From contig NMRA01000274.1 in NCBI GenBank assembly GCA_002633005.1, positions 101,817-165,816 on the forward strand: a DNA stretch of 64,000 nucleotides, read 5' to 3'. The notes under the pieces were generated by a model. That model saw nothing but the letters and a program-made list of their open reading frames with translations, was not told the DNA's origin and made no database searches. Numbering within the stretch: position 1 is the stretch's first letter; every line of letters begins with the position of its first letter. This DNA is from Phoronis australis. Lineage: Eukaryota > Animalia > Phoronida. Below are positions 1 through 11,100 of the stretch, piece after piece. The position numbers and the translations under genes are program-made.

Positions 1-2006
1 CAACACTCCTGAATCCTTTCTACTTGTGTTGCAGCAATGTGAGCGTAAATCAACAGTCTGCATTTCATTCACCACACAGGCCGCAGATTAAAATAACGCC
101 ACAAGTTTATGTATAAAGTTTATGCACAATTTACAGCAAGGTTCAATACAATCATGGAAGGAGGTTTGCCATCTATCTTACAAAATTAGCATACATGCAA
201 ATGTACAGATTGGTGTAAGTAGGCCCCGGCCAGTATGCGATCTTCCTATGCTACAACAGATGCATAAAGCTACAGGCCTCATCTTAGAATGCATGCAACT
301 GAAATCACTACAACTACTAGATTCATATGCACACTCCATTGTGCTCGCGTCTCTAAGCCACCTGCACGAAAGCACAACACGTTCACAACTTAACATTCAT
401 TCCTGCACCCAGTATTAATCGAACCGAGAGGCAAAAAGCTTAACAGCAACCGTGTTCTTTTCATTTTTGTCAACATGCCTTTTTATCGCGACGTCTTCCG
501 ACTTCGGTGCAGGAATCTTCGTGAAACGGAGCCACAATGACTTTGTTATACCTTGCACACAATAAGACAAAACCTTAGAAGACACCGTTCTTGTCTCGTC
601 CATCTCAACATCAGTTTCACAACCCTATAGTATACGTACAGAAAATCAAAAAAAGAATCCTTCAATTATTCAGAGGAAGACAGTCGATGGAATTGTGATC
701 CACTATTTAGGAAGGCACTGGCAAAATTGCAATCAACAATCATTTTACCACCAAAGGTATAAATCTCTTGAATAGTCAGTTATAAGTATAAAACGCACAG
801 CTCACAGAATTAAAATTTTGCGAAAAGACGAGACGCAACTGATTAAAAACAAAAGGCTGAATTACTATTAGTAGATTTGTCCAATAATTGCACTTTTTCA
901 AATAAACAGGCACATATTTTGAAACAAACATGTAGATAACCAGATTGAATCTTAACAAATACACCACTGAGTATCTAGTCGATATAAATGCAAAACTGTC
1001 TTGAACACAAGTTCTACAATACATGTATTTAAGTAAAACCAACACGAGATAACAAGCTGACGAGTAGTAAGTAGTAGCCATTAACAATGGACGTCCTACG
1101 ACAGTACGAGATCGTGAAATTCACGGATACGTAATGATATGTGCAACAGCTAGAGCAAGACTGGAGAGAATTCCTCTATTAAAAAATTACCCTAATTACA
1201 ACTGCATTCGCCAACAGTTACCAAATTGGACCACAACAAAGAAAGCAAGTCAACAACCTAGAAATTTACAATTTTCGCAACTAGAACTTAATTACACAAT
1301 TAGAAGGAGGCGGGTCGTCTCCCACCTGATTAATTACAATTTTAAGACATTCTCCGACAACTCCTCTCAGTGTGACCTGTTTGCAGGGCGGCTGCTACCT
1401 ACTACCTAATACTAGTACGTAAACATGAAACCTTTACAGATAAAATAAACACAAAGAGAGAGAAAAGCACCATGATTTGACAAAGTCGGAAAACCCAGTT
1501 CTAAGCTAGTAATATATATCATACGAAAATCTCATTTACAATATACACAAAAAATAATTGTTCAATATAAAAACTGTCACCACTTCGCTAACTCCCATAG
1601 TACGCGCACGTCACTCTTGGCGCGTCAATAAAGTAGATTGCCCACGTAAGGTAGGTCAGGTTTTGGTGTAATGCTTAAAAACGACCAATAGGCCACCGTC
1701 TCTCTGTGTGTGTAAACAAGTGTACATCGAGCCCTCGCAATGAAGGAAAACAGGAAATAAATTAGAAGACCCGGCGAGGTGGCCAGACCCAGATGACTAA
1801 CTAATAAATATCTAAAATATAATTTCTACTGTAGGATTAAGTACAGCTCTACTAAAACAATCACCAGGTGTCGCCACCGAACGCCGGGTCTCCGCAACAA
1901 GCGACAGCAAAAGCTGCCTCGTCAAGTTAACCCAAACTGCTTCGCGACACCAAACACTCAAAGGCATATCACATGTCGACACATCACCCAAGTTGCTACG
2001 GTAATG
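1..2006 (-). other. probable 3' UTR of the E-protein gene
   Basis: Follows the stop codon and is U-rich on the minus strand. I saw no clear AATAAA, so it may run past the window edge. Confidence 0.5.
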
Positions 2007-2155
2007 CTACTGCGTCGATGATGCCGTCGACGAGGTTGGTGCCAAGTTCTCGAGGTCACTGGCTTGTCGCGGAAGGATGCCGCTGGTCATATAGCCCATC
2101 CCCTGTGCAGGTAGATAGGTGCCTAGATGTCGTGGCCAGCTCATTGCCGCACCAT
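2007..2155 (-). CDS. TCF12: probable terminal coding exon (D)[48 protein letters not shown]
   Basis: Pyrimidine-rich acceptor gttcttgttccacag, phase 1, open to TAG at 2007-2009. A second acceptor at 2102 would stop at 2056. Confidence 0.6.
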
Positions 2156-5100
2156 CTGTGGAACAAGAACAACCGGGGGGTTAGTGGAAGGGACGGCTTC
2201 TGTCGGAGCTTCGTGGGGGAAGTGCATCGCTGTGTGTTGGGGGATATTCAAATCTACGAGGGTAAACAGAGGTCAAATTGCTGCACGGGGGGTCATGCGG
2301 GTGCAATTACTCCAGTAAAATAATCTTCAGTACTGGTGACCGTTACCAAATGCATTTCCAACTAAGAAGCCTTCATAAAACAACTGCTTTTGTCCATACA
2401 AGGCAAAGTCCCCAGTCTTAAAGGCCACCACACAGATAATGAAGAGTCGAGCAAAAACTGATTGACAAGGCAGACAACACATCGGAACATTTCCCAGCAT
2501 CAGCCCAAATAATTACCAACCATTTTGACACTCTAGCCCAACGAATAAATATTTCACTCCTGTGGTTAGGGTGATTTGACACAACCTATTCCCTATTTTC
2601 TTACGCCGGTCCACATTTTGAGAATAGGGGCAACTTGACAGAGGCTGCAAGTTGGCCACGTCACACATTACAACTAACAGTGTTTACATGGCGTATAATC
2701 TAACAGCAGTTCACACGACAGAAATTATCTCCTGTTTTGACTGAATACCAGTCGAGAACACAGCCAACAAGCGAACATAATGAGTGTGAGAAGGTTATTA
2801 CACTTTTCGGTCGACTAGCTTGGGGCCACTTATTACGGGAATGGCATTTTCGTGATGCCCGGGCATACAACTGGCAGAGCTAAATACACGTGCGGTCCTG
2901 GCAACACATTAGCCATCACATCAATTTACAAATCCCAACACCCTCTGCCAAATACCACACATAACAGTCACCTTTTGTTTGTCAACATATTGCTTACATT
3001 TGAATAAGTTAAGGTTTTGATGCCCATTTCCCGTGAAACTAGGTCAAGATAAATTAAAGCTCAACAGAGAATGGAACGTTTTTATCCAAATATACGCCCT
3101 GGGCATGAGGGAAATTCCTGCCCGTATTTGCCATTCGTAGGATAATTAAAACGCCGTGTGATCATTCCTCGCAAATCTCCAATCAGCCATCTAAAATAAA
3201 TTGTGTCCACCCAAATTGTGTTTTCATTTTCCAGGACTTTTACAGTCTACAAATCTCAATTTCCAAGAGTTATTTTTCCATGAAAAAGTAAACAATTTTA
3301 ATTTTTGCTGATGATTAATGCCAAGCCTAATCGAATGAATTAATTATCTATTTGAACCACAAAATGGGAGCTTCCTGAAATTTTCCTCCATTTTTTTGTC
3401 AAAATCGACCTTCTTTCAGTTTTCAAAACCCTTCCAACATTGTTGTGAATACCAACAACTTTATCTCAAAACCAGCTTCACTTCTCCACCACATTGCATC
3501 ATCAATTACGAGATTTCACCGTACTTGCACACAATTCGCCACTGCGCTTGAAAACGATGTGTCGTGTTCAAACTACAACGGTTCTGCACGTCTGGCAGGT
3601 TCTGCACGTCTGGCACACGCGTGCCTTAACGTTTGCATTGTCAAAATCGATGCTAAAACGAGCCTTTGTCCTAAACAATAATGCACAGCAATAGTTTTCT
3701 GCAGCGCTACCAAAGTGAGCAAGAAGTGAATTAGCGAAATGCGACAACATTCCACAATAAGCAGCCAAGAACCAGCCCAACTCGCCAGTCACTAACCTGG
3801 CGAACAACCCCCCCCCCCATCCTCTCCACTGCTGGGTTAGTATTAAGCACAAGCCAGAGGAATCAAGGGTGGTAGAAAGGGTACGAACCTTACCTGCCAG
3901 CGCCTGATGCGCTAGCTCCTCATGACTCAGTGCCCGGCCCCCGGGAAGCTCTTCGCTTTTTTCTTCCTCGCGCCGCTTCAGGCACGCTGCCTTGGGGTTG
4001 AGGTTACGTTCTGCAATGACAACCGTGAACGCGTGATCGTTGAGCAGTGGCCAACTCGCCAAAACGAGTACGTGTGGAAAACGCAAAATCGTGACGTGAA
4101 AATATATACGACAGGTCAATTCAGATATTATTTAGTCATCTACAATTGAGAAAGAAACAACCACAGTGGTTGAACTAGGTTGATGAACTACAAGTGAAAC
4201 TGAATTCAAGGGCAACACTTGCGTAACCAAGAGTGGAACAGTGGGAAATACTTGTAGTTGTCTCCCCTTAACAACAAATGAGTCAGAAGGGGTGCATATA
4301 ACCACGACAATGCGTACGGAAACGCACGCACACACACAAGTCACAAGAGAGAGAGATGGCTCTCACCTCGGATTTGCTCCTCTAAACTCGTGATAACATT
4401 GACGGCCTGCTGCAAAATGGTTAATTTTGTCTGTGGTTTGTCATTACGTAAGTGGAGACTACACATGCGACCCAACTCCTTAAATGCCTCGTTTATATCC
4501 CGGACACGTATCCTGTACGAAACAGAACAACAGAAAAACAAGATCAACAACTGATGTCAACAACCGCCCCAATGGGAGGCGGTGGCAGCAGCAGTGCCGT
4601 CTAGTGGCCCACCCAATGTACCACGATTCCCCAATGCACACGACCACCGAAATAACAAAGTCAGCTGTTCGATCGATACACACCCAACATTGCAAAAATG
4701 TTGTCACAAACCAAAACTGAATATTCAGTTATTACGGTACACTTTTTGCGTCGATCGCGACAACCAAAAATGCTCGGAAACTGGGTCGCGCAGGTGGGGT
4801 GGACGTGTCATCATCGGGTGGCGCCCCCTGTTATCACGTGACCAGTTCATTTACCTCGCACTTGCTGCTCTAGTGACGTGATAAGAGTGACTGCCTGCTG
4901 CAAGACCATTAGCTTGGTGAGTGGTTGGGTATTACTTGTGTGAAGTGTCACCATGTGGCCCAACTCTTTGAACGCTTCGTTGATGTCGCGAACGCGCACT
5001 CTACAGAGACAAAGCACACGCCATCGTTACACACGGGAATCCAGCACTTGGCCAGCAGGGGAGACAATAGCTGGATCTCATTTACAACATACGTGGATTA

Positions 5101-8100
5101 AAGTGAAACAATTGCCTACATTGATTAACAAATAATACAGGGTAAAATAAAATTACACAAGACACCGTAAACAAAATCTCAATACTTTATTTTTACAATC
5201 GATGCCAAGAGCCCTCACCAGTAGAATCGAATATTTTCTAAACCTTAAAGATTCAAACTTTAGAAAACAACTGTAGCACTACAGAAAAAATAGCCAGTGC
5301 TTAACATAACAGGAAGCATTGAAATCCTCTCCTTTGACCTACCTTTCCCTTGCATTGTTGGCCTGACGACGAACTTTTTCCCTTTCCTGCTTTACTTCAG
5401 CAGGCTCATCGGGATCTTCCTGGTCACTTCTGAAAAAGACCAGCGTAAACGTAATGATACAGCGAAACAACGTTCCAAGAGGCACAACACACGTAGCTAG
5501 AGCATCCATGTTCGTGGTGAATGCAATAATTAAACTACCGAAATGAACCAATCTGTGAAGTCTCATCCGACAAAATATAAACAGTTGATGAGGAACAAAA
5601 GCAAAGAAATCTGATGAAGATTTACACTATGTAATCCAGATGTCAAGGTGAAGGTTGCCAGAAAAGGCATGTGTGAACTCACTGTCACAGGATGGACAGT
5701 AATGGTGCACACAACAGGTTTAACACTTGTGGACAGTAATGGTGCACACAACAGGTTTAACACTTGTGGTCGGCTCATGCACAGCAGTTGATGAGACAAT
5801 AACGACACACTTATATCGGAGAATAACCACAAGACCATTGTGACCTCGTGATTGGTTATTGAGCTTCAGTTCAAGCAAGGGGCACTTTGTGATTGGTTAG
5901 TGAACATAAGAGCATGCAAAAGCAATCTTGTGATTGGCCATCGAATGCTAATTTCACTTTGTACCTGATGGAATATTTGGCATAGTCCATTTGAATGTTC
6001 ACAATGTTTATGTAATCCATGTTTCTCAGAGAATCATAAAAAAACAAAACCACACTGTTCTTTCTGAATGAAATACATGCAAGCTGCAGTTGCCTCTACT
6101 GGTGATCCGAAATTTGACAGATGGTTCATCCCAACTGGAAAAGTGGTCGGTTAGTTGAGTCAAGACTAAGCCAAAACTCATCTATATGCAGATGCTGTTC
6201 CAGAAAGCACAGATGTTTACTGCTGTGCTGTCTAGTTGCACACTTGGATGGCCAAACTGTCCAGACACATTATTGCAACAAGATCCAGCTGCGCATGGCA
6301 CAAACATATGGTGTTGCTGGCCAACTAGGCTTCGGGGACAGCCATGCCATTGGAAATTAATTATCAAGCTATCTGTGAGTGTGTACTAAAGTTACACCCA
6401 ACCTTGGTCACCAGGGGTCGCTGGTTTTAGGTTTGGATTCAACTGGTGACCTACTACCAGTACCCAACAGAACGGATTGGTAAGCAAGCAAGGTAAACAA
6501 AAGCATGAAGACACAGGATGACCAGCTTCTTACAAGATGCAACTTCCAAGCCAGACAAGAGAATCACTGGACATTAAAGAGACATTATCCTTTTTGCGGG
6601 CGAAAAATACCATTTTGGAATTTTAGTTGAATGATATAGACTTCTCAGTTATTTGCTTTGACCGGAGCTAAAAAATAACAGAATCCGTCCATTGTTTGTG
6701 TGGTTTTATTAAAAATGGTCTATTCTTGCTGATGTCCTCCAGACATTTGCTGAAATTACTGCAGGCATCTTCATCTACTTGAATACGCTTAAAAATACTC
6801 TATTCCCCACAAGGATTTGTCTAGGCGGCAGAGCGCTTGGCTGCTACTGCGAAATTAGTGGGTTCGATTCCGTGCTACTGCCAACTTTCGTAACATTACT
6901 TTTCTCCCCGATATAATGTCCCTTCCTCAACCGCTGCAATCCAGTGACTTGAACTATCAATACAGAAAACAAGAAAAAACAACGGGACAAACTTCCGTCT
7001 CTCTGTCATGTCACACGAGCCATCCTGAAGGCTACGCTGATAGGGTGCACTGCTTGCACTCAGCAATCATAACGGATTTATGCGTCGCTTTGTCCTATTA
7101 TTTTCAGCATGTAGTGTAGCTGACTAGACAGAAGACTAAGAGGCATCTCTCAAAGCCAAGCGTTAAGGCAATGCTGCAGTTCACTTTGCCAACATACATT
7201 TGACAGGGGACATTTAGCAACTTCGGTTGCACTGACCCAGCGGATGGGGCTTTCACCAACATCAATACGGACAAATGCTATTTACTCTGGCGCACAACCA
7301 CAACCAATGAAAACACCCCTTCCGCCCCATCCCTTGACCAATAGCAACCACTTTTGCCAATGTCTACTTACTGAGCAGGTTCTGATGTACTCTGGCGTAC
7401 ATACCGACTACGTTTATTGGGTGGTGCTGAAGACGTTGAATCCCGCCTTTCGGCAGGACTAGTTACTGGTTGTGATGACAGGCTTGCCTCTGAACGCGAG
7501 TCGTCCATGGCCGACTGCTTATCCATTTTTTCTATTTTAATAGAGCCATCTGTTGTTTGCTCCACAGGATCGGATTTCATGCCTGAAAAAAAAAGAGTTA
7601 AATTTCACGCATTTCTTGCAAAATAACATTAATATCAGACGATAAGACCACAGTTGGTTGCGAAACAGTGCCTATTACATCGATCTCGGAATGAATACTA
7701 ATTTAACTCGCATTTACAGTTATAACTGTTAGAACTGTAGCTGCCACAAACACATCAACACTCAAACAAAACTGTAACTCTTTCTCAAGAAAACCATAAT
7801 TTGAAAGCTGGGAACAGCTGCGAAACGTTTCTACCGAATTTTCACTTCACAGCACCCAACGAAGCAGGCGAAATTACTGAATTTACCCCTCCAATCTCCA
7901 CTACAGTGTATAGCACTCAGCTACAACTGACTGTGTCGCTGTGGCAACAGATCAGTGCATCATATGGCTCCAGTTGACTCTGCACTGGACCTGATAATTC
8001 AAAGTGGGTCAAGTTCATGTGATATTCATCTACTTGTCCACAACTAGGTTAACAAGGCCCAGTGCAGAGCAGCCAAACACCATCAGTTACCAACAGGGCT

Positions 8101-11100
8101 CGCTGGCAGGTAAATATTTAGGCTTGGGTTGGGTCGATTTACCACTCCCCACCTATGATCGGCTGGCCTTTAACACAGAACACCAATATATACATCCAAC
8201 AAAACGTACCATAAGTGTCTGTCTGTTCTCGCACTGGTCTACTCCTGTCGCTGTATGCGGGATGAGTGCCCTGCTGGAACACACCAAAGAAAAACATCAA
8301 ATCCAACAATGGATGTATCAAATTCTATAAAACTGTTGCACAGCACACACAAACAACTCTACACCAACTCCGCCACTCCTGGACTAAACAGACCGGCTAA
8401 CAACACACCAGTTTATATTCCATGCCAGACCACCGAAAGTTGATTGCTAACTCATGGCTGGAAGCACACAGCCTGACAAGTTTGGGGGACATTTGGCCCT
8501 CTGTTCTGTGTCCATTAATTCCACTTGTCATAAACATTTCTGTATAGCAACCACTGCCAAAAGCGCACATTCTGGCTCACAGAGCTGGTTTTATAAACAA
8601 AGAGCACAGCTTGTTTAGTGGTAAGTCATACAGGTTTAGATTACAGAATCAGTTAAGAAGCTCATATTCACAAGATGAAACTTACATAACCTTACGTTAC
8701 ATTAGCAGAGTATATTTTCAGTTAAAGTTACTCTCATCTCCTGTATACCTTCACAACACAAAACCTGAAACTGAAACTAATGAGGCAGCTTCCTGTAATA
8801 AGATTCTTACACCCAGTATCAACTATGTGAAAGTACCTTTGCCAGTATGCAGGCAATAACTGGGGAAAGACATAGTGTACAAAATCACCTACTCAAGTGA
8901 CCTATGAACAACCTGCCCAGCTTGTAATATGACAGGCATCACCCAGGGTAGTAATCCTTGTGTTGAAAGTTATCACGGATAGAACGAACCAGTTACATTA
9001 TCGAAGACAATAATTAAACAGCGCGTGGTAAAGATGGAAACTTTACAAACCGACTGACCCCATTCTAGTCCATCGAAAACTACAAAAAAATCTTAATTAT
9101 CCTGCAGACAGGGCCAGTGATGAAGATTTAATAGAGTGACCAGGGCAACTAGGAGCTCTGGTGAAGCAATGCTGGCTGTCAGGCAAAGCCAGTTACACGC
9201 CATTAAATGTAAAGTATAGACACTAACAAGATGGAAAGTAAACTCAGCCAGCTGAGAAAGAAATCCAGCACCATGTGTTAGACCAGTTGCTGCACAGCAG
9301 GCCAGATGTGTACCTTGACTAACGTCAGTGGAGCTGACTGGAGGAAGCCAAAACATCTTCAGCAGCAGGCTATGTCACCAACGTTTACAGAACAACACAC
9401 CCACACAGATCACTGCATGTGAATCACTATCCTCTCATCAAAGCTACAAACACTGCTGCAAGATGAGGATATCTTTTCACTACTACAGAAATCAACTGGC
9501 TCACCCAGTACTATGATTGAGCACTCTAAGTCGGTTGCTATGAACAACCTAACCAAGGTATTTAACACCGATACATGCGCCTACCCAGAGGTATGAGTTG
9601 AAAGTCGACACCGGTGGTGGCGCACCGGCAGCCTGGGAGAACTCCGGAGACTCCCACACCCACTGAGCGCACCACATGGCTGGTTGCACACCGTCGATTT
9701 CCGTTCCACTCCAGTGAACCCGTTCAGGCAGGTACCACAGTGATATTAACAGCTGCTTTCTAGACTGGCCAGTCCACCTCTGACCACTCAACTTGTCAAG
9801 GAAGCGCAGTGCTCTCGGACTGAACAGATGCTCAAGACGTGTGTGTCTGTGAGCGCGCCCGTGTGCCAAATCCAGCCAACACAGGTTGGTGACCAAGTGT
9901 AATTGGGATTGCCAGAAGACAGGCACACTAATTGAAACAAGCTGCAGTGAGCCAGAATAAGAGCAGGCGCAGAATCAAGACACATCACACATCAAATGCC
10001 AGTCAAAATTACAACAGATTAAACGCACATTGGCCAGTCAGGCCTACTCTGCACATGTGGAACCAATTTGAATGAAATCCGCTTGAAATACGCTCATAAA
10101 AAATAACTCTCATTCTACAGCCACTGAAAAGTCTACGGGGACTATGAGCAGGGTAATAGGACAGCATTCGGATGCATATTGTAGCACAAAGTGTGAGGGA
10201 CAACATCCTGACAAACAGTACAGTGGACAAGTGATAGTCATCATGCACTAACCCAGCTGACACATGTGGGAGTCACTACACAGTCAGGCAAGGCCAGGGA
10301 GCATTTGTTAATCATCGCCATCAGTACTGACTGTTAGCAATAAACACACTCCATAGGGGAAAATATCCATCAAATTAATTAGTATAATTGTGCACCACAG
10401 TAATCAGTGCGGTATGCCCCACCAAGCAGTTGGGATTCTTTATGGAGAGGCTCTTACTAGCTGAACACAACCAGATGGCAAGGCTGGATTTAGATCATGT
10501 AAGTGTGCAGGTATTTGTTTACTTATTTTTGAAGGGACACTAGTTTCTCTGTGGTGGCCTGTATCTGCAGCGGATCAACATCTACCGCGGTGTTGGACTC
10601 AAAGTTCCCAAGACTAGCACAGAGCATCAAATAAGATAAAGTTAACTAAAGACACTGGTCACTCTTATCAAACAGCCTTAGCGAAATACAATATTACTGT
10701 CTGGAGACCAATGTCCGATTCCCAAAAAATACAAGTACCAAGCACACCGCGTGCAGAACACATACACAGCATTCAATCGCGCAATAGATATGTTAACAGA
10801 AGAACAGCTAATCGATTTAAAACAATTGGGGCACTCTGTACTACAGCATTCTACACGACACGGCACAACCAAGCCACTCGCGTTCACCAAACACTGACGC
10901 ATGCATAGGGGCCCCGTACACTGGATAAGTGGTGGCCAGGGCTTAATTCAAATTGACCAACATCGGTGGCAGCAATGTCCCCCAGCTGGGAGTGGTTAGC
11001 GAGGTGTTTGCCTGTTGAACCTTCAATCATCACTTAACCAACTGCACCTGTGTGTACCTGGCGACTACTGCCGATGAACCGAGTGAACCCTGTCACCGTA

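Noticed and set aside
3568-4119. 183-aa ORF as a separate gene
   Set aside because: Only 3894-4010 is conserved exon; the rest is intron read-through.
6813-6883. Functional tRNA gene
   Set aside because: A and B boxes are present, but the acceptor and anticodon stems do not pair convincingly, so it is treated as a SINE-like remnant.
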